From a virus (Duplodnaviria; Heunggongvirae; Uroviricota; Caudoviricetes), in the IMG/VR virus record IMGVR_UViG_2526164662_000021, positions 32,001-96,000 of that record: DNA of 64,000 bases; one strand, given 5' to 3'. Shown one piece after another: positions 51,088-61,460 of this stretch (the first letter of the stretch is position 1; each line of letters begins with the position of its first letter). The position numbers and the translations under genes were made by a program. The notes under the pieces were generated by a model that saw only the letters and a program-made list of their open reading frames with translations, was not told the origin of the DNA and ran no database searches.

Positions 51088-51793
51088 CTATCAGGCACTG
51101 CGTGGGGCGGCAGAGCAGGCAATGCATGACGACTGGGGATTTGACGCGGACCTTTTCCATGAGCTGGTAACACCATCGATTGTGCTGGAACTGCTGGATG
51201 AACGGGAAAGAAACCAGCAATACATCAAACGCCGCGACCAGGAGAACGAGGAAATTGCGCTAACGGTGGGGAAACTGCGTGTTGAGCTTGAGGAGACAAA
51301 ATCAAAACTCAACGAGCAGCGTGAGTATTACGAGGGAGTAATCGCGGGCATAGCAGAGTTGAAGACAAAATCTGCACCAGATTCATTTGGCATCATCGGT
51401 GAAAATATTCGAACACAGGATAATCGAATAACGTCAGAACCTATGTTTTGTGTGTATCAAAAGCGCGAAATCGTTGTTGATTCTGATTATGACTATGACC
51501 GGATTGTCTGGGTTGATGAAGATGGCAATGAAGCCAATAAACGCCAAAGTCGTCGTCTCAAACTACTTCACGAAAACTTTCGAGAGCCACCAGAAAAATG
51601 GCGGCGCGTTGCTGTGAAAGATATTGATGAATTCGTTACCTGCTGTTTCACCGAACAGGGTTGTAAAGACTACCTGGCAGCCAATGGTCACAATCTTCGC
51701 TTGCCATTTATATATGTAAAAAGCGGTTTCAGGAACGCTGAATATATCGGCATAAGAAACTGGCTTGCTGGCATTCGCATCAAAGGAGAGTGA
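51074..51793 (+). CDS. Ea22-like phage protein (hypothetical)
   Basis: N-terminus DYQALRGAAEQA resembles ead/Ea22-like prophage proteins; central charged coiled region. Confidence 0.4.
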   Translation: MGKIDYQALRGAAEQAMHDDWGFDADLFHELVTPSIVLELLDERERNQQYIKRRDQENEEIALTVGKLRVELEETKSKLNEQREYYEGVIAGIAELKTKSAPDSFGIIGENIRTQDNRITSEPMFCVYQKREIVVDSDYDYDRIVWVDEDGNEANKRQSRRLKLLHENFREPPEKWRRVAVKDIDEFVTCCFTEQGCKDYLAANGHNLRLPFIYVKSGFRNAEYIGIRNWLAGIRIKGE

Positions 51794-51794
51794 T

Positions 51795-52340
51795 ATGACC
51801 ACTATTACCAATAAAAAACAGTATCCCAGCGAGCAATATCTTAATGAGCTGATCACCAACATAGAGTTTGCTGCAAGGGCACCAGTTGAAGTCGTGAGAG
51901 CAATAGCAGTAGAGCTACAGAAGCGGCGCGAAGCTGATAGTGCAGAACCTGTAAGCCAAACTTACAAGTTGCCAGTTAATACACCTTGCCAAGATGCGCC
52001 AGCCCATATCTGGCTGCAAACGGCTGGAGTATGGCCAGAAGATGGCGAGTTAAGCGAATTAACGTGGTGCAGCCACAATCAGCACCATGATGACACGCTA
52101 TATGTTCGAGCTGACCTTGTGAATGGCAACTATCCGGTAACTCCGGATGGTTGGATAAGCTGTAGTGAGCGGATTCCCGCTCAAGACGATTGGGTTTTAA
52201 TTTATTCAAAGCACGGCGAGTATATGGCAGGACAGGTACAAGGGGAATACGTGGAGTTGAACGACGGCACTTTATCGTGGTTAGGGAACGCCTTGTTCTG
52301 GATGCTGCTACCAGAACCTCCCCAGGAGGCAGGTCAATGA
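51795..52340 (+). CDS. DUF551-like protein
   Basis: ATG at 51795 with AAAGGAGAG RBS; C-terminus WISCSERIPAQDDWVLIY...WMLLPEPP resembles DUF551. Confidence 0.45.
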   Translation: MTTITNKKQYPSEQYLNELITNIEFAARAPVEVVRAIAVELQKRREADSAEPVSQTYKLPVNTPCQDAPAHIWLQTAGVWPEDGELSELTWCSHNQHHDDTLYVRADLVNGNYPVTPDGWISCSERIPAQDDWVLIYSKHGEYMAGQVQGEYVELNDGTLSWLGNALFWMLLPEPPQEAGQ

Positions 52341-52420
52341 ACTGGCCTGAAGCATTCGCAACGGTAGGAATTGTGATGGCGGCAGCACTGGGTTTGTATT
52401 CAATTTGTCGCTGGTGGTAA
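52337..52420 (+). CDS. Small hydrophobic peptide (27 aa)
   Basis: MNWPEAFATVGIVMAAALGLYSICRWW; start overlaps upstream stop (ATGA). Confidence 0.25.
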   Translation: MNWPEAFATVGIVMAAALGLYSICRWW

Positions 52421-52656
52421 CGATGGGAAAATTAACTTTTGTTGTTGAATTTGAGGATGGTAAAGAGCCACCTGTTAGCGCCAATCTTGATGTTGCTGGT
52501 GGCAGGCTTGTTTCGGTTCTATTTGGTGACTACCGAGATGATTTCTTCCAACCAGAAGAAGTTGATGTAGTGCGAGAAGCATTAAATGAGCTAAGTGTTG
52601 ACAACGATGATGCTCATGCGGAAATCATCCAAAAAATGGAACTGCTAACTCACTAA
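52405..52656 (+). CDS. Small acidic protein (hypothetical)
   Basis: 83-aa ORF. Confidence 0.3.
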   Translation: MSLVVTMGKLTFVVEFEDGKEPPVSANLDVAGGRLVSVLFGDYRDDFFQPEEVDVVREALNELSVDNDDAHAEIIQKMELLTH

Positions 52657-52704
52657 ATTATCAATTATGGTGCTATCACCTACGACAACGAGAGAAATTT
52701 TATA

Positions 52705-52827
52705 ATGTCAAAAGTAAATGTTTTGATTTTTTCAGTAATTGTAGGTTTTGGTTTTTCTGCTGGAGTGCATATTTATATTACGTGGGGAAAAATCATCAAC
52801 TACGTATGGAGTTGTTTTATTAAGTGA
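52705..52827 (+). CDS. Small hydrophobic peptide (40 aa), AT-rich
   Basis: MSKVNVLIFSVIVGFGFSAGVHIYITWGKIINYVWSCFIK; single predicted TM helix; not in the supplied ORF track (below size cut-off). Confidence 0.3.
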   Translation: MSKVNVLIFSVIVGFGFSAGVHIYITWGKIINYVWSCFIK

Positions 52828-52835
52828 GGTAAGTA

Positions 52836-53128
52836 TGTGGAGAGGTAATAGTCATGGCAGAAGCCAGATGATACTTACCGAATATCATTTCGACCACAAA
52901 ACCAATAAATCACGCTCAGTATATTTGCTCCGACACAATAGCCGCGTAAGGAATACCGTGCTGGAGCAAAATCTGACCGTTGAAATGGATAATTACGGTG
53001 GCTTCAAGCCAACAATTTCGCTTGATGATTTTCCTCGTGGTTTAAGCGAAAGAGAAGCAATGCTGAAATTAGCAGAATGGCTACAAAGATTAAGCATTGC
53101 TATTGAAGATAACTGGTCTGAACCTTAA
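52836..53128 (+). CDS. Hypothetical protein
   Basis: ATG at 52836 preceded by GAGGTAAGT RBS; the ORF-track start at 52748 is probably an over-extension. Confidence 0.4.
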
Positions 53129-53134
53129 ATTCAT

Positions 53135-53494
53135 ATGATGACATTCAAACATTTTCTTGACCGCCCATTATGGGCGGCAGCCGCAGGCTATAACTTTAAT
53201 TATATGGATTGCATGTCTTATACCGCCAATGCATACGACCATTCGTTCAGCCTGCTGTTTAATTCTTTAAGAATATTGCCGCAAACAGAAGTTGGAGAGC
53301 TTCATTTATGGCTATTGGGCTTTATCGCGGCTGTCGTTGGTGTTGCTGTATGGCCTTTTATTTTTTGGCTGGTGGCTGTTGTAGTGTGGTTTAAGTGCAA
53401 GGCATACCGGAAAAAGTATTTCTTAGGTGATGGAATGACTGATATTGCCAAAATAAACATTGAAAAATGGACTAAGGAATGTGAAAAGAAATGA
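53135..53494 (+). CDS. Membrane protein (hypothetical)
   Basis: 119 aa with hydrophobic segment LWLLGFIAAVVGVAVWPFIFWLVAVVVWF. Confidence 0.4.
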   Translation: MMTFKHFLDRPLWAAAAGYNFNYMDCMSYTANAYDHSFSLLFNSLRILPQTEVGELHLWLLGFIAAVVGVAVWPFIFWLVAVVVWFKCKAYRKKYFLGDGMTDIAKINIEKWTKECEKK

Positions 53495-53973
53495 CCAGAA
53501 TCACTGAAGAACGCATATCGGAGATTATCGCCCGTATTGAAATGTATGGTCACGGTGCTGGATATACGGCAGATAAAGTATTGGAAATAGCCCAGCAGAT
53601 GCTGGCCTTGAGACAAAAAGAGCAACATGAAAGTAATACATGTAGATTGAATTTTGAGCAGTGGCTGGAACAGCAACGCGGAAAAATCGATGTGGACTGT
53701 GGTTGTGTGTCCACTGAAACATTCATGCACTGGTTGCGGGTAGCTTACGAGGCTGGCAACTATCCGGATAGTTCGGAGCAAGCGCCAGGAAATGGCGTCC
53801 CCGGCGAACGTATACGAATTAAGCCGCATGTTTACCGCGAACTGGTTAACCGTCTCCACGATACAGCTATCAAGTGTGCTGGCACCCAGCAATTACGAGA
53901 AAGAATTAGCCGTGTTTTGGGCGACGTTATTACGCCAGATCATCATAAACAAGCCGAGAAAAGTGGCCTGTAA
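53491..53973 (+). CDS. Hypothetical protein
   Basis: 160-aa ORF coupled to the upstream gene. Confidence 0.4.
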   Translation: MTRITEERISEIIARIEMYGHGAGYTADKVLEIAQQMLALRQKEQHESNTCRLNFEQWLEQQRGKIDVDCGCVSTETFMHWLRVAYEAGNYPDSSEQAPGNGVPGERIRIKPHVYRELVNRLHDTAIKCAGTQQLRERISRVLGDVITPDHHKQAEKSGL

Positions 53974-54180
53974 AGGTGTCACCTTGAGGCGGCATTAAAC
54001 ATTAACCCGGGGCATACGCTTGGCATTATTGATGCACTATTGGTTCATAAGATGGCCAGGGCTTTATTGCCGCTGGTAGGGGGCAATGACAACTAGGAAA
54101 AAATCGCATTACTGGTGGCAAAGCCATAACTACTGATACAATATTTCTAGGTTAAAGATCTGGCATTAGGTAGAGATAGC

Positions 54181-54645
54181 ATGTTTCTTCATATCAATCC
54201 CGATTGGGCATCAGCTATTGCGGCATTTGGGTCAGCAATAGCTGCTTTTATTAGTTTGCGCACAAGTAAAAAGCTTGGATTATTCGATAAGGAAAAATTT
54301 TATAGTGAAGCATTGATAAACTTTGCTGATAGGGCAAATAAAATAGCAACAGGAAAAGCTGGATCAGACTGGGATGTTAATGACGCAAGTAATATAATTC
54401 TTTCACTAAATGCCGCAAAAGAAACTATTGAAAGTGCGCCAAAACCTATTCGAGAGCAACTAAAACAATATTACAAACATAATCTTTGCCATGAGATCAT
54501 AACCGAATTAGAGGCTCACTCTCCCCCAGATTCAGTAATTGTAAGAGAACCATCAGAGTATGAAGGCAAGATCATGGGATTGTGGGATGAGATTAAAATA
54601 TTTCTGGGTTATACAGTGGTATCAGAAGCAGACCTTGAAGATTAA
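54181..54645 (+). CDS. AT-rich membrane-anchored protein (hypothetical)
   Basis: 154 aa; N-terminal TM helix (WASAIAAFGSAIAAFISL); markedly lower GC than flanks; directly upstream of phd-doc. Confidence 0.45.
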   Translation: MFLHINPDWASAIAAFGSAIAAFISLRTSKKLGLFDKEKFYSEALINFADRANKIATGKAGSDWDVNDASNIILSLNAAKETIESAPKPIREQLKQYYKHNLCHEIITELEAHSPPDSVIVREPSEYEGKIMGLWDEIKIFLGYTVVSEADLED

Positions 54646-54789
54646 AGTTTGGTGTGACCACATCATTTCATCAATGATGCCCGAAGTGGGGAGTTTGACG
54701 ATTGTCCGGTGATTTAAGCTGCAAAGTGCTGGTGCTTTATGCTTGTGAAGTTTATAATTGTGTACACATAACGAGTACACGAGGTGTTT

Positions 54790-55011
54790 ATGCAATCCAT
54801 TAACTTCCGTACCGCACGCGGCAACCTTAGCGAAGTGCTCAATAATGTCGAAGCAGGGGAAGAGGTTGAAATCACCCGCAGAGGCCGTGAATCAGCCGTA
54901 ATTGTCAGCAAGGCCACTTTCGAAGCCTATAAAAAAGCGGCGCTGGATGCCGAATTTGCATCCCTGTTTGACACTCTGGACTCCACTAACAAGGAACTGG
55001 TTAACCGATAA
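54790..55011 (+). CDS. phd: Antitoxin Phd (Phd/YefM family)
   Basis: [34 protein letters not shown]...STNKELVNR; 73 aa; stop overlaps doc start. Confidence 0.9.
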
Positions 55012-55391
55012 TGAGGCATATATCACCGGAAGAACTTATTGCGCTTCATGATGCGAATATAAGCCGCTACGGCGGCCTGCCGGGCATGTCAGATCCGGGC
55101 AGGGCAGAAGCCATTATCGGGAGAGTTCAGGCCAGAGTTGCCTACGAAGAGATCACCGACCTTTTCGAAGTCTCCGCCACCTACCTAGTGGCTACAGCGA
55201 GAGGGCATATATTCAATGATGCCAATAAGCGTACCGCGCTAAACAGCGCGCTGCTATTTCTACGCCGTAACGGGGTGCAGGTATTTGATTCACCTGAACT
55301 GGCAGACCTTACTGTAGGGGCTGCGACTGGCGAGATATCTGTATCTTCTGTCGCCGACACGTTACGTAGATTGTATGGTTCTGCGGAGTAG
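55011..55391 (+). CDS. doc: Toxin Doc (Fic-fold kinase)
   Basis: 126 aa; Fic-like motif [11 protein letters not shown]. Confidence 0.9.
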
Positions 55392-55395
55392 ATTA

Positions 55396-55575
55396 ATGGC
55401 ACGCAAATACAACAAATTGTCCCGTGAAGCGTTAAAGATGCTTCTTGATGGCGTGAGTCGCCGCGAGGTAAAGCAATACCTGGTTGGTAAGCAAATTGGA
55501 GCCAGGACTGCTATTGCTGTGTTATGCCGTCAGGAAATGGTTGTGCTTAAACAGAGAATGCCGGGCAGCAGATAA
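55396..55575 (+). CDS. Small basic protein (possible HTH regulator)
   Basis: ATG at 55396 (MARKYNKLSREALKMLLDGVSRREVKQ...). Confidence 0.35.
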   Translation: MARKYNKLSREALKMLLDGVSRREVKQYLVGKQIGARTAIAVLCRQEMVVLKQRMPGSR

Positions 55576-55602
55576 AGCCCAATCAGTGATGAAAGGTGTG
55601 AT

Positions 55603-56646
55603 GTGAAAGCCGTAATTACTCCCTTTGTACAAAAAGAGCTTGGCGTCGCCACATTCAAAGTGGATCAGGAAGTCAGAAAGCTGGTGGAGGCTGGCCGTAA
55701 ATTTATTATGGAGCCGGTGCCGCGTGAGTTAATCGAGCACATGGACGACGGCCTCGTTGTTTCCGAGCAAACTATGGCAACAAATGAGGCGTTGCAGCCG
55801 TTTTTTAACAGCGATGAACTGTTTCGCCGTATTGGTGGAATTGACGCGCTGGTGGCGTGGTTGCGCAGGAAAGAGGGGAAATGCCAGGCCGCAGATCGTA
55901 GCTGGTGTGACAACCATATTGTCCACGCAGAACGAGACAATAGCGCGGTGTTGTTGTGCTGGCATCACGATAACCATTACCGGATGCGTAGTTTTAATGA
56001 GCTGAAAGAAACGCTGCATAATAATCGCGTTAACTGGATACTGGATGTCGCCCGTCAGGAAATGGGGCTTTCAGATGGCCATGATTTAAGTATTCAGGAA
56101 CTGTGCTGGTGGGCTTTCATGCGCGACATGATGCACCTGATGCCGGAAGAAGTCTGCCGTATATCAATAAATAAGATTAAGGCTGCAACGCAGGATAGCG
56201 GACCTATGAAAGAGGCGGATATTCGCCCGTATGACGATCGCGCTACAGCATATGTTCAGATGATGGAAGAACGCGCCGCGCCGATGCGTGCAAAAGTATG
56301 CCCTGTGGATGTTGACTCCGACCCTGGCATGGCGCATTTCAAAATACCAAAACTGCAATCGCTAAAATTACCTGAGTACATGGACTTTGTTGCTTCCCGT
56401 CCATGCTGTGGGTGTGGAGCTGCGGGAGCTGGCGCTCACATTACGCCTTATATCGTTCGTCATAGTCGATTATGCGCGCATGACATTTACGCAATTCCTC
56501 TGTGCCAGTCATGCCAGCGTGATATTGAGCGTGACCGCGATAATTGGGAGAAGACGCACGGTAGGCTGGCGATGCATCAACGATTGTTCTTTGATTACGC
56601 GCTTGGAGTCGGCGCTATCACAAGTCACTCGTCGAGTGTTAGATAA
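55603..56646 (+). CDS. Cys/His-rich protein (hypothetical)
   Basis: 347-aa ORF with several Cys/His clusters (CWHHDNH, CCGCG, CQSCQ); non-ATG start likely. Confidence 0.45.
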   Translation: MKAVITPFVQKELGVATFKVDQEVRKLVEAGRKFIMEPVPRELIEHMDDGLVVSEQTMATNEALQPFFNSDELFRRIGGIDALVAWLRRKEGKCQAADRSWCDNHIVHAERDNSAVLLCWHHDNHYRMRSFNELKETLHNNRVNWILDVARQEMGLSDGHDLSIQELCWWAFMRDMMHLMPEEVCRISINKIKAATQDSGPMKEADIRPYDDRATAYVQMMEERAAPMRAKVCPVDVDSDPGMAHFKIPKLQSLKLPEYMDFVASRPCCGCGAAGAGAHITPYIVRHSRLCAHDIYAIPLCQSCQRDIERDRDNWEKTHGRLAMHQRLFFDYALGVGAITSHSSSVR

Positions 56647-56647
56647 A

Positions 56648-56664
56648 ATTGCTCTAATGTATTG
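56648..56664 (+). promoter_or_regulatory. Weak C1 operator-like 17-mer upstream of lpa-like gene
   Basis: ATTGCTCTAATGTATTG (13/17). Confidence 0.35.
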
Positions 56665-56734
56665 CTATTTCTTTAATCGAGGGTATTATATTCCACGTTG
56701 ATTAGTTGACATGGGCTAATCAGTAGGTGACAGG

Positions 56735-57187
56735 ATGTTACTTAACTGGCAGGGACGCCACTTCATGGAAATAAATCACTCACGAATAACATCGTACGAG
56801 ATTGCGGATTACATGATCCGCACTAAATCTCTTCTATCAGCGAAAGAACTCGCAGCAATTCTTGAAAAGGAATACCCGCATCTGGATGTCGATAAGCGCG
56901 ATGTTTATCTGCGCTTAAAGGCTATTGCTGTGTCTAAGTATTCGTCTGTTTTGATTGATGACAGTACACGCCCACGTAGATTTCAGATCCACTCTCTGAA
57001 TCCTGAATTCTTTCGCCGTAGCCGCGCTCCGCGCCGGTTTGATGAAAAACTCCAGAACGAACTCTATATGACGCAGGACGAAAAGGAACGCCGGGAGCAC
57101 CAGCCTTGGGTAATGGCGCGTCAACTTTTCAATAAGGTGGCCCGTCAGCACCGTCATTACGGTAATGCCACATCCGCACGTATGTGA
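56735..57187 (+). CDS. lpa: Late promoter activator Lpa-like protein
   Basis: 150-aa ORF between phd-doc region and pacA, preceded by a C1 operator-like site; assignment by position and size as recalled for P1, not by motif. Confidence 0.4.
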   Translation: MLLNWQGRHFMEINHSRITSYEIADYMIRTKSLLSAKELAAILEKEYPHLDVDKRDVYLRLKAIAVSKYSSVLIDDSTRPRRFQIHSLNPEFFRRSRAPRRFDEKLQNELYMTQDEKERREHQPWVMARQLFNKVARQHRHYGNATSARM

Positions 57188-57189
57188 CT

Positions 57190-58510
57190 GCTCCCCGCCC
57201 GGTTGGGCGAGGCTTCCCACATCTCAGGCCGCAACCGTCTGTACGACGGATTTACGCTGGCCTCCATGGGCAGAGACGACGAGTCCCGCCGCCTTTAGTT
57301 CCAGTATCCCTTTTTGCCGGATGTTGAGTGCCGCATTGATATCGCGGTCATGCTCTGCTTCACATTCAGGGCATCGCCAGATGCGTTTATGAAGCGGCAT
57401 TTCCGGCATTTTGTAACCACAACAATGGCACGTTTTCGAACTGGCAAACCACTGGTCGAGTTTTACCAGGTGAACGCCTTTTTCCGCTGCCTTGTACTCC
57501 AGCTTTGTGATGAAGCTATGCCAGCCTGCATCACCTATTGCTCTTGCCAGATTGTGGTTTTTCATCATGTTGGCTGTTTTCAGCGTCTCGACAATTACCG
57601 CTTGGTTTTCGTCAACAATTGTACGAGAAAGTTTATGTTGAAAATCAGCACGGGCATTCGCTACCCGTTCGTGTATGGCCGCAAGACGGATTCTGGCCTT
57701 TTTACGATTCGCGCTTCCCTTTTGCTTGCGGGATAGCGCTTTTTGTTTGCGTCGCAGATTACGGCTGGCATTGATGAGATGGCGGGGATTCGCAATTTTT
57801 GCCCGGTCAGACCTGATGGCATAGTGCTCAAGTCCCATATCCACACCAGTAATCTTTTCTTCCTCCAGATACGCAGGTTTCGCTGGTGTGGGAATACCGT
57901 CTTCACAAAGGATGGATGCGTAGTATTTCCCGGTGGCACTGCGAGTGATTGTTATGCTCGTCACTTTTCCCGTCATTACACGGTGTATACGCGCTTCTAT
58001 CGGTGCCAGCTTAGGAATTTTGATGGCATTCTCCAGTACTTTAATCCCGACACAATGGTAGCTCGATTGTTTCCCATGTTTACGTTTAAACGTCGGGAAC
58101 CGGGCTTTCAGCTTCGGATTAAAAAAGTTGGAAAACGCCACATCAAGATTAATCACCGCCTGTTGCAATGCCATTGAATCAAATTCTTTAAGCCAGGCAT
58201 ACTTACGGGACTTCTTCGCCACAGACAACAACGGTTTTAAATCTTTACGCGGACTTAAATTCACTCCGTGTCGCTGGTAAGCGTGTTTTTTGATGTGAAG
58301 AGCTTTGTTGTACGCAAAACGCACGGCGCCGAACTGGGCGTTGAGATACTCAGCCTGTTTAGTGGTTGGATAGATGCGTACTTTTGTCGCTCTTAACATA
58401 GTCACCGCTCATTGATACAGGTTTTTATGCTAACACCGTAATGATTTTTTTTTAAAGCCCTGTGGGCTTTCCCGCCTTTCCTCCCCGCCCGCATTGGGCG
58501 AGGGTTCTCG
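57190..58510 (-). mobile_element. IS200/IS605-family tnpB-only element
   Basis: tnpB flanked by direct copies of a hairpin-containing ~23-bp sequence: CTCCCCGCCCGGTTGGGCGAGG (57191-57212) and CTCCCCGCCCGCATTGGGCGAGG (58481-58503); no tnpA. Confidence 0.6.
57224..58405 (-). CDS. tnpB: TnpB (IS605 OrfB family, RuvC-like nuclease with C-terminal zinc finger)
   Basis: 393 aa; N-terminal MLRATKVRIYPTTKQ; C-terminal CHCCG...CPEC zinc finger and DRDINAALNI RuvC-III-like motif. Confidence 0.8.
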   Translation of the reverse strand: MTMLRATKVRIYPTTKQAEYLNAQFGAVRFAYNKALHIKKHAYQRHGVNLSPRKDLKPLLSVAKKSRKYAWLKEFDSMALQQAVINLDVAFSNFFNPKLKARFPTFKRKHGKQSSYHCVGIKVLENAIKIPKLAPIEARIHRVMTGKVTSITITRSATGKYYASILCEDGIPTPAKPAYLEEEKITGVDMGLEHYAIRSDRAKIANPRHLINASRNLRRKQKALSRKQKGSANRKKARIRLAAIHERVANARADFQHKLSRTIVDENQAVIVETLKTANMMKNHNLARAIGDAGWHSFITKLEYKAAEKGVHLVKLDQWFASSKTCHCCGYKMPEMPLHKRIWRCPECEAEHDRDINAALNIRQKGILELKAAGLVVSAHGGQRKSVVQTVAA

Positions 58511-58606
58511 GCGGTTGTTTGCTGATTGCTTGCCCGTTCCGGGCCTTTTGACATGTGACTTTCGTTACCCTCGCGTCAAAAAGAGTTTTTACGAAAGGAA
58601 GCATAA

Positions 58607-59800
58607 GTGACCTGGGACGATCACAAGAAGAATTTTGCTCGCCTGGCGCGAGATGGTGGTTACACCATCGCACAGTATGCCGCCGAGTTTAATCTTAACC
58701 CTAATACCGCACGTCGTTATCTCCGTGCCTTCAAAGAAGACACCAGGACTGCGGACAGCCGCAAGCCAAATAAGCCAGTCAGGAAGCCACTAAAAAGCAT
58801 GATCATTGATCACTCTAATGATCAACATGCAGGTGATCATATTGCGGCTGAAATAGCGGAAAAACAAAGAGTTAATGCCGTTGTCAGTGCCGCAGTCGAG
58901 AATGCGAAGCGCCAAAATAAGCGCATAAATGATCGTTCAGATGATCATGACGTGATCACCCGCGCCCACCGGACCTTACGTGATCGCCTGGAACGCGACA
59001 CCCTGGATGATGATGGTGAACGCTTTGAATTCGAAGCTGGCGATTACCTGATAGATAACGTTGAAGCGCGGAAGGCCGCGCGCGCTATGTTGCGTCGGTC
59101 CGGGGCCGATGTTCTGGAAACCACTCTTCTTGAAAAGTCTCTTTCTCATCTCCTTATGCTGGAGAACGCCAGGGATACGTGTATTCGCCTGGTGCAGGAA
59201 ATGCGCGATCAGCAAAAAGACGATGATGAAGGTACTCCGCCTGAATACCGTATCGCGAGCATGCTAAACAGCTGTTCCGCGCAGATAAGCAGCCTGATCA
59301 ACACCATTTACAGCATCCGGAATAACTATCGAAAAGAAAGCCGGGAGGCGGAAAAGCACGCTTTGTCTATGGGGCAAGCTGGCATTGTTAAGCTGGCATA
59401 CGAACGAAAGCGTGAAAATAACTGGTCAGTGCTGGAAGCGGCTGAATTCATCGAGGCGCATGGAGGAAAAGTGCCGCCCCTGATGCTGGAGCAAATCAAA
59501 GCCGATCTGCGTGCTCCTAAGACCAATACCGATGACGAGGAAAACCAAACAGCATCTGGCGCTCCATCACTTGAAGATCTGGATAAAATCGCGCGAGAAC
59601 GGGCCGCCAGCCGCCGCGCTGATGCCGCATTGTGGATTGAGCATCGTAGAGAAGAAATTGCCGATATCGTCGATACAGGCGGTTATGGTGATGTCGATGC
59701 GGAAGGCATATCAAACGAAGCATGGCTTGAACAGGATCTGGACGAAGACGAGGAGGAAGACGAAGAAGTTACCCGCAAACTGTACGGGGATGATGATTAA
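58607..59800 (+). CDS. pacA: Terminase/pacase small subunit PacA
   Basis: GTG start with AAAGGAAG RBS; 397 aa ([10 protein letters not shown]...); contains the pac site; acidic C-terminus. Confidence 0.85.
58800..58986. promoter_or_regulatory. pac packaging site (clustered TGATCA/G hexamers with GATC Dam sites)
   Basis: Four TGATCA at 58800, 58808, 58819, 58834 and TGATCG/TGATCA at 58930, 58942, 58953, 58981, inside pacA. Confidence 0.75.
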
Positions 59801-61284
59801 TGGCCAGAAGTTGCGTAACGGACCCACGTTGGCGCGAGCTGGTGGCGCTATATCGTTATGACTGGATTGCGGCCGCTGATGTGTTGTTTGGGAAGACACC
59901 AACCTGGCAGCAGGATGAGATCATTGAGTCCACGCAGCAGGACGGCAGTTGGACAAGTGTGACCTCCGGCCATGGTACTGGTAAGTCGGATATGACGAGT
60001 ATTATTGCAATACTCTTCATCATGTTTTTCCCCGGCGCTCGCGTCATTCTGGTCGCTAACAAAAGACAGCAAGTCCTTGATGGTATTTTCAAATACATAA
60101 AGAGCAATTGGGCTACTGCTGTTAGCAGATTCCCGTGGTTGTCGAAGTATTTCATTCTTACAGAAACGTCTTTTTTTGAGGTGACTGGCAAGGGTGTTTG
60201 GACAATATTGATAAAGTCCTGTCGCCCCGGAAATGAGGAGGCGTTGGCTGGTGAACACGCCGATCATCTCTTGTATATCATCGACGAAGCGTCGGGTGTG
60301 AGTGATAAAGCATTCAGTGTGATAACAGGTGCGCTGACCGGTAAGGATAACCGTATTCTGCTTCTTTCCCAGCCTACGCGACCTTCAGGCTATTTCTACG
60401 ATTCACACCACAGACTAGCTATTCGCCCGGGAAATCCTGATGGATTGTTTACTGCGATAATACTGAATAGTGAAGAATCTCCGCTTGTAGATGCAAAATT
60501 TATACGAGCAAAACTTGCGGAGTATGGCGGTCGTGATAACCCCATGTACATGATCAAAGTACGTGGTGAATTTCCCAAATCGCAAGATGGCTTTCTTCTT
60601 GGTCGTGATGAGGTTGAGCGGGCGACGCGGCGAAAGGTCAAGATTGCCAAAGGATGGGGCTGGGTTGCATGTGTTGACGTTGCTGGTGGCACAGGACGAG
60701 ATAAGTCCGTTATTAATATCATGATGGTGTCCGGCCAGCGAAATAAACGCCGTGTAATCAACTATCGTATGCTGGAATACACAGACGTTACAGAAACGCA
60801 GTTAGCCGCCAAGATTTTCGCAGAATGTAACCCAGAACGGTTCCCGAACATAACCATAGCTATTGATGGCGATGGCTTGGGGAAATCGACGGCTGATCTG
60901 ATGTACGAACGCTATGGTATTACCGTCCAGCGTATCCGCTGGGGTAAAAAGATGCACAGCCGTGAAGATAAAAGCCTTTATTTCGATATGCGCGCTTTCG
61001 CGAATATTCAGGCGGCAGAAGCTGTAAAATCAGGGCGTATGCGGCTTGATAAGGGGGCTGCGACTATAGAGGAAGCATCAAAGATACCGGTCGGGATAAA
61101 TTCCGCAGGTCAATGGAAGGTGATGTCAAAGGAAGATATGAAGAAAAAACTCAACCTGCACTCACCGGACCATTGGGATACATATTGTTTCGCTATGTTG
61201 GCGAACTATGTTCCCCAAGATGAAGTGCTTAGCGTCGAAGACGAAGCGCAGGTTGATGAAGCTCTGGCATGGCTTAATGAGTAA
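59800..61284 (+). CDS. pacB: Terminase/pacase large subunit PacB
   Basis: 494 aa; start overlaps pacA stop (TAATG); Walker A-like GHGTGKS and Walker B-like [11 protein letters not shown]. Confidence 0.85.
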
Positions 61285-61288
61285 AAAA

Positions 61289-61305
61289 CTTGCTCTAATA
61301 AATTG
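61289..61305 (+). promoter_or_regulatory. C1 operator-like 17-mer upstream of second icd-ant module
   Basis: CTTGCTCTAATAAATTG (15/17). Confidence 0.55.
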
Positions 61306-61436
61306 TGTTTTTTGACTGCCGATGTTACATTGAACCTGACCTCTTGCGCCTTGAGGCATTTTCGGTTTATGCTTATCAGGCACCTCATTAAAACGGGTGC
61401 CGGGATTGGAACCCCGGATAATGTCAAAGGCGACAC

Positions 61437-61460
61437 AGACGCCAAAAGCGTCTTTTTTTG
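61437..61460 (+). terminator. Terminator/attenuator-like hairpin in leader
   Basis: AGACGC-caaaa-GCGTCT followed by TTTTTTT; an analogous hairpin plus T-run sits in the first module leader at 11662-11690. Confidence 0.45.

Noticed and set aside
57314-58177. Plus-strand ORFs of 78-144 aa
   Set aside because: Antisense to tnpB; spurious.
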